Origin: Octopus bimaculoides
Lineage: Eukaryota
Direction: 5' to 3'
DNA length: 56,257 nt
Assembly (NCBI RefSeq): GCF_001194135.2
Contig: NC_068988.1
Span: 92,822,002-92,878,258, forward strand
Shown: in pieces, positions 38,813-50,575 of the stretch
How the letters are laid out: every line of letters starts with the position of its first letter
Position numbering within the stretch: the stretch's first letter is position 1
The notes under the pieces: generated by a model
Told to the model about the DNA's origin: nothing
Databases searched by the model: none
Seen by the model: only the letters and a program-made list of their open reading frames with translations
Position numbers and translations under genes: made by a program

Positions 38813-38818
38813 AATAAA
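38813..38818 (+). terminator. Polyadenylation signal of exon copy 2
   Basis: AATAAA ~88 nt after the stop, at the homologous position (ggtttccttct..aataaa..gg.gacat). Confidence 0.65.
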
Positions 38819-39724
38819 GGCGACATGCTTCATTAAATATATACATGTATATATGTATATGCTTACATACATGCATACATAAATACATACATACGTACAT
38901 TCACTCTTATTATCTCCCCTTCACTCAACCCTTTTCATAATGTTGAACAATTAATCTCAACAAACACTTTTTTCTGTTTCCGTTTTTTAACTATCTTTCC
39001 ATCCCCCCTCTTATCCCTTTCTGTCAAAGACCTCTCTACTGTTCTCGGAGTGCTTGTTGTTCTCTCACCTGTCTTTGTGTTTTGTTTTCTGTACATTTGA
39101 ACAATATATATATATATATATATATATANNNNNNNNNNNNNNNNNNNNNNNNNNNNNNNNNNNNNNNNNNNNNNNNNNNNNNNNNNNNNNNNNNNNNNNN
39201 NNNNNNNATAAAGGTAAGCAGACTTAGCGGTTATAGTAACCGACTAAGGCATAAAATACCCGTATTTACTATCGGTGTCAGTTAACCGTGTTAATTCTGG
39301 CCATGGGTATGCAGGTACAGTATGCTCGTCGAGTACAGGTAACAAGAGAAACAAATTTAGATAATTAGAAAATGGAGAAAACCCCAGTAGATTACCCGTG
39401 ACTCGTTGGGGCACCTGAAAAGTCTGAGTTTCCTAGAAACTGAGTTTTGTTTCGTACTTTTTTTTTCTCTTCCATTTTATTTCGCATGCTTTCAACGAAT
39501 GTGACATCGAAATCACGAGTAAACAGGTATTTTCCTCAGAAAAGTAAAGATTTGCCTACTATTTCTTGCATGCCCTGCTACCACGTAACACCTATTTCGG
39601 GTCCTTTATTGCAAATAGCTGTCACGTGGTGGCAGGGTGTGCTACAAATAACAGTAAAATCATTGGAGATGAGATACGTTGAATGCACTCGAAAGAAACT
39701 TATTGAAAAAAAAACTATTTCGCA

Positions 39725-40064
39725 CTGATGTTACGAACGGGTCTTTTACGAAATATTTATCTTACTTATAAAGTCATTTTCACTTAAAAATATTTTGCCT
39801 ATCATAATGTGTTAGAGTTTCTTCCCTTTCAGGGTGAAGTTATTTTCGGAGTATTTTCCCATTATGCACCGTTTTGGGTATTTGCACCCCAAACCCCCGA
39901 ATATCTCAATAACTAGTGGTCCGATTTACGCGGAACTTGTTTTATTCCGTTCGTATTCACATTTCAGGGACACTTTACTTTCAAATTATTTTCCCATTAT
40001 GCGCTATTTTGGCTGTGTAGCATTGCAAGCAAGCAAGATTGAACTTCACTTTTAATAGTATACA
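39725..40064 (-). mobile_element. Possible non-autonomous Helitron-like element
   Basis: Minus strand starts atgtatactattaaaagtgaag followed by (CTTG)n, the same architecture as the element at 56029. Confidence 0.4.
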
Positions 40065-40526
40065 TTTATATATTCTTTTATTCATATACTCGTTTCAGAC
40101 ATTTGACTGCGGCCATGCTGGAGAGCTGCCTTTAGTCGAACAAATCAACTCCAGGGCTAATTCTTCGGAAGCCTAGTATTTATCCTATCAGGCACTTTTG
40201 CCGAACGACTAAGTTACGGACGTAAACACACCAACATCTGTTGTCAAGCGATGGTGGGGGAACAAACACAGACACATAAACACATACACACGCACACACA
40301 CATATATATATATATACGATGGGGTTCTTTCAATTTCCATCTACCAAATCCATTCACAAGGCTTTGGTCGACCCGAGCTATAGTAGAAGACATTTGCCCA
40401 AGGTGCCACGCAGTGGGGCTGAACCCGGAACCATGTAGTTGGTAAGCAAGCTACTTACGATATATATATATACACACATACATCTATACATACATGCATG
40501 CATGCATGCATACATACATACATACA

Positions 40527-40557
<31 letters not shown>

Positions 40558-40762
40558 GTATGCATGTAGGTGTATAGGTATTATATGACTACCGATATGC
40601 AAATGAATACATACGAGGATCGGCCGAAAAGTTCACAGGCTCACCAACATGCTCCTATCGAATGCGACTGAATCCCACTACATACACACACACACACGCG
40701 CGCACATGTATGTATGTATGTATGTATGTATGTATGTATGTATGTATGTATGTATCAGCTTC

Positions 40763-40813
<51 letters not shown>

Positions 40814-42040
40814 GAGAAGAAAATTGAGAGTTAATGGTTAATAATCATTTATCAATAAATGGATAAACATTCATTCCTACAATTGTTTCAATTTGTACTC
40901 ATTCTATAAATCACAAATTTATGCAATAAATCAGCATTTATAAGTTATGGGCAAAATATCATCAGGGAAATATAAGACATTAAGAAATTACATGTTAACG
41001 AATCCGTTCTTTCAGCAAAGTAAAATATGGAATTGTTTCTATTTCTATTTTNNNNNNNNNNNNNNNNNNNNNNNNNNNNNNNNNNNNNNNNNNNNNNNNN
41101 NNNNNNNNNNNNNNNNNNNNNNNNNNNNNNNNNNNNNNNNNNNNNNNNNNNNNNNNNNNNNNNNNNNNNNNNNNNNNNNNNNNNNNNNNNNNNNNNNNNN
41201 NNNNNNNNNNNNNNNNNNNNNNNNNNNNNNNNNNNNNNNNNNNNNNNNNNNNNNNNNNNNNNNNNNNNNNNNNNNNNNNNNNNNNNNNNNNNNNNNNNNN
41301 NNNNNNNNNNNNNNNNNNNNNNNNNNNNNNNNNNNNNNNNNNNNNNNNNNNNNNNNNNNNNNNNNNNNNNNNNNNNNNNNNNNNNNNNNNNNNNNNNNNN
41401 NNNNNNNNNNNNNNNNNNNNNNNNNNNNNNNNNNNNNNNNNNNNNNNNNNNNNNNNNNNNNNNNNNNNNNNNNNNNNNNNNNNNNNNNNNNNNNNNNNNN
41501 NNNNNNNNNNNNNNNNNNNNNNNNNNNNNNNNNNNNNNNNNGTGATTAAACTATTTCTTCCTTTCTATGATGTTCTACCCTACTGATCATTTTCTGTATA
41601 TTTGTAATGGTTTTTATGTAAGTCTCCTAATTATATAGCCCCTAGAAACTATAAAATCATATATGTAATAGTACCTGTAACATTGCAACTTATAAAATCT
41701 CTTCGGAATACCGCCAACTGTCCTCACCACTCCCATACCTACGACCTCCCCTTTTAGGGCTACCTTTATCTCTTCCCTACCTCAAATTTTAATACACTGT
41801 CTCGTCTCTTTAAATGTAAGTTTTATATATTTCTTATCACTTTCTATAAATTCTTATTATTTTGTTTTCTTACTTTGTTATCCTCACCATTTAACCTCTT
41901 ATCCCTTAAAGTTCTTGAAAGTGGTGTATATTCTTAGCTACAATAGCAACAACATGGATTTCTTCCATCTTCTTGCTATGTTAAAGTATTTGAGTAAAAT
42001 TATATTAATGTGTCCGACTGATTAAAATCCTGTTTATTTG

Positions 42041-42126
42041 TGCAGCTGATGACAGCCCTGCATTTAAATTGATGTAATGATTGCATTGTTCAATTAAATG
42101 GAGCCGCTTGAAACGATCGTACTGCA
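42041..42126 (+). ncRNA. Candidate type I hammerhead ribozyme in a Penelope-like 3' remnant (~41545-42180)
   Basis: TGCAG-CTGATGA-[long helix II, catttaaattga/tcaattaaatg]-GAAA-CGATCG-TA-CTGCA. Helix I 5 bp, palindromic helix III ACGATCGT, GUA site; the first helix II pair is a C.T mismatch. Confidence 0.6.
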
Positions 42127-42322
42127 TCACTTCTTGATATCCTGTTGCTTATTTTGATTTTATTCACCTTACTTTCGAGCTGTGCGGATAATACCGAACT
42201 GACTTGGTGCTTCAGCTTAAGAACCTAATTTAACTGAATCTCAATTATTTCTCTACAGATACATATGTACATACAGACAGATATGTAAAAGCATATACAT
42301 GAGCGGACACACACACACACAT

Positions 42323-42369
<47 letters not shown>

Positions 42370-42864
42370 CACGTAAAAAAATCGTATATGAACGCTATTG
42401 ATATTTATGCCCATTGGTTAAAGTAATCTGAATATTTGTACATGTGCTTAAGCGTTTGAGAAAAATATCAAATCATAATGGTTTGTCACTTTATGCGTGT
42501 TTACGTAATCATATGACAATAAAAGGTTTACTGTTACTATTCTATATACATACGTACACACATACATACATATATACATATATATGTGTGTGTGTCTGTG
42601 CGCGCGCGCATGTGATCATTACGACGTTCAACTCTATAGTATTTGGTTTTAATTATCGTATAATTAAATTAATGTTGTGATTTAATTTATTTACGTAAAA
42701 CGATTTGTGTATGTACATGTTTGTTTATTCTCGTTAATATTTATAAGATTGACAGTGAGGTTACAATTAAAAGTATCCTGTTATTTATTAATCTGTTTAT
42801 GAAATTAAATTATAACTAGTATTAATATAATCTATAATCTATATTTGATTTACATTATTAGCTA

Positions 42865-43640
42865 CTATTTCATCAGGGATTCCATATGCCCTAAGGATTT
42901 CTGCCATCTTATCTCTGTGTAGAGAGTCAAAGGCCTTGGAGAAATCAACAAATAACAAAACTGCATTAAGGTTTTGGCTCGTACCTATTCCAACATCCCC
43001 CTAACTATGAGAATTTGACCCGATGTAAGGCGGCTCTTCCCGAATCCATTTTGATTTTTCCTAAGAACTCTTTCAATTTGAGGTTGGATTCGATTGAGTA
43101 GCAATGCATTGTAAATCTCTGCTGCAATTGGTGTTAATGTAGTTCATCTATGGTTTATTGCAAGGCCCAGATACCCTTTTAGCGGGGAAAAGCAGAATAC
43201 ATCCTCCTGTTCAGACTTTTATCTCGGTTTGATGATATAATGAGTTGTACGATTTGAGAAGAATGTCATTGAAATCGCCGGTTTCTCAGACTTCAGGGGG
43301 GATGTCATCAAATCCTGCAGCCTTTCGGTTTTTGGTCTTCCTCAGTACGACTTCAAGTTCTTCTATCGAGAAGGGTCCCTGCTTGATATCCAGGACCTCC
43401 TCAACAATACGATGGATGAGCTGGTTTGGATGATTCGGTGATTTGCCAAGAAGGTTTTGAAAATGGTCTTTCTAGTTATTCAGTATCTCCTGTAGGTTAG
43501 AGGCTTTCAATGTCGCTTTGAAAGATTTCTTCCGACTACTCCATTTACTGTCTGCCACGTCAAAGAAGAGGGTTTGTTGTCTGCTGCGTTTTTGATTTTG
43601 TCGATTTGGTTTTGAATGTATTTGTGCTGTTTCATCTGAT
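42865..43640 (-). mobile_element. RTE-like LINE RT fragment
   Basis: Minus-strand translation ENQNGF..LLFVDFSKAFDSLHRDKMAEILRAYGIP. Confidence 0.8.
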
Positions 43641-43960
43641 ATAGTACGTTAAGTTCTTTCAGTGCTATTCAGAGAGGAAAAAGTTTACCTCACAGGGACT
43701 ATGTGAGATGGTTAAATAGAGGAAAACATTAGAGTTCAATATGAGGAATTATTTTGGAAAAGGAAGCAAATAAGGAGTATATAGTGAAATAGGAGAATGA
43801 ATGTAGAAATAAGAATAAAAATGTATAAAGATGTTATAGTTGCAGTTCGATTATCCAAAAAAAGTGGTGTGTAGAAGTGGTATAAGTAAGCATGTAATTT
43901 TCATGATTTGAGGATTTGACATCTCCTTTCAACATGTAAGTAGACTACTTAGTGGTTTTC

Positions 43961-44571
43961 CTTACATGCTGAAAGGAGATGTCAAATTCTCAAACCACGA
44001 AAATTACATTCTTATTTATAACACGTTGAATGTAAGTGGGCAAGAAAATTTGAAAAATAAAAAAAAACCCAGTTATTTCTATACCAGTTATTCCACCATT
44101 AATAATCAAATAATCTGTGGATCTTCAGTAGAAACTGCTGGAGGTGTATAATTATAAAACTCAAATACGTACCATATCCCAAAGGACACACGTGCATATC
44201 GATTGTTATCTTTATACATCGTGAATTTAATTCACGTCTTCAACCAACGCACCAAGCCAGAATAAAGCAGCAGTGAATAAAAGTTCAGCAGTGAATTATT
44301 TGACTCAAGAATTGAAATAGTTAAATAAAAATATACCATGTATGCTCGATATGGACGTGTGTCCTTTGGAATATGGTATGTATCTGAGTTTTATAATTAT
44401 ACATCGCCCGCAGTCTCTACTGAAGATCCACAGATAATTTATTTAATTATTGATGGTATAGAAATAACTGGTCTTTTTTCAATTTTTTCAAATTGTCTTG
44501 CCCGTCTACGTTCAACGTGCTATAAATAAGAATGTAGTTTGGGGATTTAACATCTCCTATCAACATGTAAG
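43961..44571. mobile_element. Foldback element with ~250-bp inverted arms
   Basis: 43961-~44212 is the reverse complement of ~44345-44571 (e.g. gtggatcttcagtaga/tctactgaagatccac; ccaaaggacacacgt/acgtgtgtcctttgg). Confidence 0.85.
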
Positions 44572-44714
44572 GAGACTTCTTAGTGGTTTTCCTCTTAGTG
44601 TGTAATTTATACACACGTATACATATATGTATATAAATAATGTATGGTCTACAGACAACTTTTTTACGCATGCTGGCCACTGGTATAAATTATTATTTTT
44701 AATGATTTTTACCC

Positions 44715-44765
<51 letters not shown>

Positions 44766-44914
44766 ATATATATACGTATGTATATAATCACAAGTAGGTC
44801 TCTGTGATTAAGAAGCCGGTTTAGTCTTGATCAAGTGTCTTCTAATGTAGCCCTGAACCTTCCAGTGCCTTGTAAGTGAACTGAGTAGACGGAAACTGTG
44901 CGGAAGACCTTCAG

Positions 44915-44970
<56 letters not shown>

Positions 44971-45092
44971 GCTCACTATCAACTGACTGAAAAAAGAGCA
45001 CTCAGTAGCATTTCTGAGGCTCACTCGGCAAAAGAACATATATGTGTATGTGTGTCAATGTGNNNNNNNNNNNNNNNNNNNNNNNNNNNNNN

Positions 45093-45158
<66 letters not shown>

Positions 45159-45632
45159 ATGTATGCGTGTGTACGTGTGTGTATGTGTATTTTCGTCTTT
45201 GTTTGTTTCTTCCACTGCTTGACAACCGGTATTGATTTATTTACGTCCTAGTATGCTAGCGGATCGGCAAAGTGCCGGATTGAATAAAAAAATTACTGTT
45301 CCGATTTGATCAACTTCAGTAACTGAAACAAGCATGAGATAAGAGCTACAGACAGACATATATACAGACACACACATCACATATGTGTATATTCAGTTGA
45401 TTGCAAGGAGGGTCGAAGTGCACTGTGGTGGTGGTGAATTCAGAATTTACTATCTTGGCCATATATTTTAAACAGGGCTAATTATACGATAACAATCGCT
45501 GAGATTTCTCTTGGTAGATTAGACTATTATTTGCACTTTCTTAATATAATATAGAAATGTAAAAAAAACTACTATATCATGAAACTACTTGTTTAGCAGC
45601 ATACATGTTTAATATGTTACTTTTCTTTGCAG

Positions 45633-46923
45633 GAAAGAGATGTACGATGGAGCTGTGAAGTTCGCAAAGGCTTTGATGAAACTAGGCATTAAAAAAGGAG
45701 ACAAGGTTGCAGTTTGTGTTCCTAACTGTGTAGAATGGATGAACTACGATATTGGAATCATGATGACGGGAGCTTATTCTATGAGATTAATGTTTGGATT
45801 AGCAGATATGAAATCTATTATAAAAGGATGTAGTGCTGTTGTATTTGGATCCAAATCTATTTGGGACAATTTCTTAACTATTGCACAAATAAATGACAAT
45901 GGAAAAGTATCTAGCGAAGTGTGTCCCGATTTGAGATTTGCCATTGATGTATCCAATACAGATGGACCAGCCAATGCTTTATCTGCTGCTAAATTGATGG
46001 CAGAAATAAGTGAAGATGTCGCAGTTGAATTTCCTTACATTGACCCAGAAGATATTGCGTCAATCAATCAGACTTCCGGAAGCACAGGTGTGCCTAAATG
46101 TATCTGTCACAGCCATTTTGAATATTTAAGCATGCCCGATTCAGATTTTAAGGAGACTTCTTATTTTACTACATTCAATAGTCGTCCAATGGGATATATT
46201 GGAGGATATCCGTTGACTGTGCTAACCAGAGGATCATTGCATGTCAGTGGAGACGTAGAAATGCTGAATGATCCGAAGAATCTCGATTTTGTCATAAACA
46301 TATGGCAGAGTGAAGAATGCAACATAGTTGGTATTTCACCACAAGATTTGAAACGAGTTAGCGATCGCGGATTCCGAGTTAATATGGTAGCATCAGGTGG
46401 AGACATAATTACCCGGGATGAAATAGAACATGCTTTGAAGATTGCAGATAGTTTCATGGTTGCTTATGGAAGTACTGAAGCTTTCATCATATCTCATCGA
46501 ATTTTTACCCCAGAAAATATTTCAGAACATCGACAAGGAATGCTGGGGCGACCAGTTGAAGGAACGGAAATCAAAATTGTTGACGAAGAGAAGAGGGTTG
46601 TAGATATTGGAAAGACAGGCTATTTGTATTTTCGAAGTAAATGGGTAACAAAAACACATCTGGATGGTACTTCATGTTTAGAAAATGGTTGGTATCCAAC
46701 ATCAGATATTTGTTACTTAACTGAAGATGGTGATCTCATAATGGTTGGAAGAAGCACAGATTTTATTAAGAAGTCTACAGTAAAGTTATCTATTAAACTT
46801 ATTGAAGATTACGTCGGACGCCATCCGAGTGTAGATGCTGTGGTTGTCGTACCAATTCCTGACGAGGCAGTTGGAGAACGTGTGTGCGCATGCGTAACCC
46901 TTCGACTAAATCACAAGTTCAAT
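45633..46923 (+). CDS. Terminal exon copy 3 of the ANL enzyme; 3' end lost in an N gap
   Basis: Acceptor cttttctttgcAG at 45631-45632. Open frame with the same motifs up to LNHKFN, then N-run 46924-47001; about 58 codons are missing. Confidence 0.85.
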
Positions 46924-47001
46924 NNNNNNNNNNNNNNNNNNNNNNNNNNNNNNNNNNNNNNNNNNNNNNNNNNNNNNNNNNNNNNNNNNNNNNNNNNNNN
47001 N

Positions 47002-47760
47002 TTTAATCATCAATGTACTTTCCCTGATTATCTATGACTTCCTTCCATCTATTTACAAGCTTTTTAATCCCATCAACATAAAATCCGGTTTGAAAGCGAA
47101 GAATTCTGAAATGTTAGTTTCGACCTCCTCCTGGCTTGCGAAAGTTATGTCCTCCAAATGATTCGGTAAACTACGAAACAAATGGTAGTCTGAAGGAGCA
47201 AGGTCGGGAGAATAAGGTGGATGAGGAATTTTTTCCCAACCAAGCTCTTCAATCTTCTGTTATGTAATCTTTGCAGTATGGGGTTGCACATTGTCCTGAT
47301 GAAACATCACTCCTTTTCGATTCACTAAAGCGGATCTTTTTTCTTCAAAGCTTCGTTCAAACGCTCTAATTGCTGACAATAGACTTGAGCATTGGTTGTT
47401 GCATTAGGTGGTAACAATTCAAAGTGATTTACTCCTTTGCAATCCTACCAGATAGAGAGAAGAGCCTTTTTTCTATGAAGTTCCCTTCTCGGTTGTGGTT
47501 GAGCTTTTTCCCTTTTACCAAGCCAGTGTTTACGACGTTTAACTTTTCGATAGAAGATCCATTTTTCGTCACCACTAACAAGTCTATCTNNNNNNNNNNA
47601 GAAGACCCATTTTTCGTCACCACTAACAAGTCTATCTAAAAAAGGTGAAATGAGTCCGCGAGAATGGAAACAAGAGGAGATGTCAACTTGGGATTTGCGG
47701 TTGCTTTCGGACAATTCATGAGGCACTCATTTTCCCTTCATCAGTTGTCCCCTGTTTTAT
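47002..47760 (-). mobile_element. Decayed mariner transposase (DD34D region)
   Basis: Minus strand: LVSGDEKWIFY, PHPPYSPDLAPSDYHLFRSL. Confidence 0.9.
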
Positions 47761-48699
47761 GTACTCCGCATTTCGAAGGTAGGGAGAAGACGCTACTTCG
47801 TTAAAACAGTCCCGCAAAGCAAATTAAATAAAATTTGAGATTTTTTGCGGAGGGTTAAAGTGGTAACAAAAACAGAACAGTAAGAACAAAACAGTAAAAA
47901 CAAACGGTGAGGGCTGTTACGCCATAACGAGGTGAAGTGGTGAACGTTGGAAAAACGAGCTTTGAGAAGAGGCAGGCAAAAACACGTCTTGTCTGGAAGG
48001 AAGTGGAAGAAAGAATGATAGATAGCCGTTGGTCACGTGTTAGCAGCGAGAGAGTCAAGGAGGAAGAGTGAGAGAGAGAGAGAGGTAACGGTGAAGGGGA
48101 GAGGAGAAGAATGAGAGAAAGGGTGGGAGAATATATATATATATATANNNNNNNNNNNNNNNNNNNNNNNNNNNNNNNNNNNNNNNNNNNNNNNNNNNNN
48201 NNNNNNNNNNNNNNNNNNNNNNNNNNNNNNNNNNNNNNNNNNNNNNNNNNNNNNNNNNNNNNNNNNNNNNNNNNNNNNNNNNNNNNNNNNNNNNNNNNNN
48301 NNNNNNNNNNNNNNNNNNNNNNNNNNNNNNNNNNNNNNNNNNNNNNNNNNNNNNNNNNNNNNNNNNNNNNNNNNNNNNNNNNNNNNNNNNNNNNNNNNNN
48401 NNNNNNNNNNNNNNNNNNNNNNNNNNNNNNNNNNNNNNNNNNNNNNNNNNNNNNNNNNNNNNNNNNNNNNNNNNNNNNNNNNNNNNNNNNNNNNNNNNNN
48501 NNNNNNNNNNNNNNNNNNNNNNNNNNNNNNNNNNNNNNNNNNACAAACAAACAAAATTAAACACTTTCTACTTAAATAGTAGCAACAATAACAACGACAG
48601 CGATAACAGTAGGAATAAAAACAACAAAATCTAGTCAATGCTAGTAATAACACAATCAATCTCAATAGACCTAGTTCTACCCCATTAGATAGCAATTTC

Positions 48700-49140
48700 C
48701 CCTACAGCACAATCTATGTGACTGTATGGAACAGGGAGAATTGTGCCCTCGGAAAGACCTGTAAAATTAAGGACGTAATTTACCAATGCACAGTCACAAC
48801 ACAGTTTAGTAAAAAGAGTTACATAGGAGCTACCCAAAATGAGATGAAACATAGACTAGCCGCCCATCAACATTCTTTCAGAAATAGAAACAGAATTAAC
48901 TCAACTGGATTAAGTAAGCATATTTGGGAACTCAAAGATAGTGATATTAGCTTCACGTTAGAATGAGAGGTCCTCGCCTCTGCACCTTCGTACAATGTTA
49001 AAAATAAGAAATGTTCTCTTTGCGTTAATGAAACTTTTTTCCATTCTAGCAGCAGGACATCTGCTATTGAACCTAAGAGAGGAGAGAAGTGTAGCTTGCC
49101 TGCACAAAGGGAGGTTCACCTTCGCTAAAAGTAAATAACA
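48700..49140 (+). mobile_element. Penelope-like GIY-YIG endonuclease C-terminal fragment
   Basis: VIYQCTV..SYIGATQNEMKHRLAAHQHSF..TGLSKHIWELKD, then KCSLCVNE. Confidence 0.85.
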
Positions 49141-50424
49141 TTAGAAACCCTTATACCACCCCCAAAATATTACTAAGAACCCCACACCATAGAAATAGTA
49201 GCCCTTGATAGTAATTTGAAGGCTATACAAATACTCCTTAATTAAAGTTAGTTTACTAGCATTAATACCAGGGCCCCTTCTAGTATTAAGTAAATAACCC
49301 TCTCCTTTTACCAAAATTCTGTGTTTAGGTCCCACCCCCACCCATATCAACTACCTACATCTTATACTAATTGAGCCATTCCTCTTTAATAAAACAAACT
49401 AACCCCTTTTATAAATCCCAGATACTTCATTTATGAACTTATTTCAAAACACAGAGGGCATAGGTATTCAACCACAATGTTATGACTCCTAACAACTAAT
49501 TCAAATTTAAATTTTAAATTTAAATTTTATTTATTTATTTTGTTTTATTTTATTTTCCTGTACCTTTTATAACATGGATGTGCTTATTGGCACTTGCTGT
49601 AATCTGGACTTAATTTTCTACCAACATATTGGTCTTCCTCCACTTAAAATAGACCTTAATAGCCCTACCCATTTAGGAACAACATTATCCCCTGTAGGAT
49701 TTATTTTATTTTATTCAACTCAATGTTACCTTTCTCCCAGTGTATTGGTCTGCAGTTGATTACTGTAGTAGTTGTATTTCCCAGGAGATATTTGTAGACT
49801 TGGGTTTATTATGTAGGATTGAAAGTATAATTTGTTGGTGGATCTAATATTGACTGCACCCAGGTAAGGGTCAATATAATTATCAAATTATTAAATTTAA
49901 TGATATGAACAATCTAAATTTTAGGATAATGTAATGCATATTAAGTAAATTTAGTAAACTGTTGGTACATGTGAATTATATTTATGGTACTAATTAACAT
50001 GTGATTTTGTCTTAAATCTTAACCGCTTAAATGTTTGTGGTTTTGTGCTTTTGCCCTTTCGTGTATCTATAAGGAGGAATATTCTTAGGTACATGCACAC
50101 ATTTATTTTTTGTCCATTATTACCATCCTTGAATTTTATTTGCTATCTAGGATGTAAAATCTAACTTTATTTTAGTAGGTTTTATGTATTCATATGCATA
50201 CTCTGTACTAGTTGTCTCCCCTTAACTATGAAAAATAATAACATTTTGTCTGGCAGTATGTATCTATTTATTTATTCTGATTTATGTTGAGAAGTTGTAG
50301 AAGGCAAGTTAGTTCTTCGTACCACTTATATCATAGTCTTCTCTCCCACACCCTTTATTTACTGGTTCGTTTTCTTTTTTATTTACATATCCCTTTAAAT
50401 GGATCTCTCCTGCATCTAATCACT

Positions 50425-50575
50425 GTCCTGTTCTACTGCTGTTGTCAAAGTGTATCCATTTCTCCTCACAAGTAATGATTCGATGCAAAAATGGTCTTTT
50501 TCCAGTCAAATACATTTCATGCAAAACAACGAGCTGGCAGAATTGTAAGCATGCAGGGCAAATTCGATTGTCTTT
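50425..50575 (-). mobile_element. Mariner transposase fragment
   Basis: PFLHRIITCEEKWIHFDN. Confidence 0.75.

Noticed and set aside
39208-39220. AAG|GTAAGC donor-like site right after a gap
   Set aside because: It does not match the exon-1 end (ATAACCAT) and lies in repeat-like sequence next to (TA)n.
43932-43946. AACAT|GTAAGT donor-like site resembling the exon-1 end, upstream of copy 3
   Set aside because: It is the foldback arm end; the upstream frame hits a stop within 10 codons and has no similarity to exon 1.
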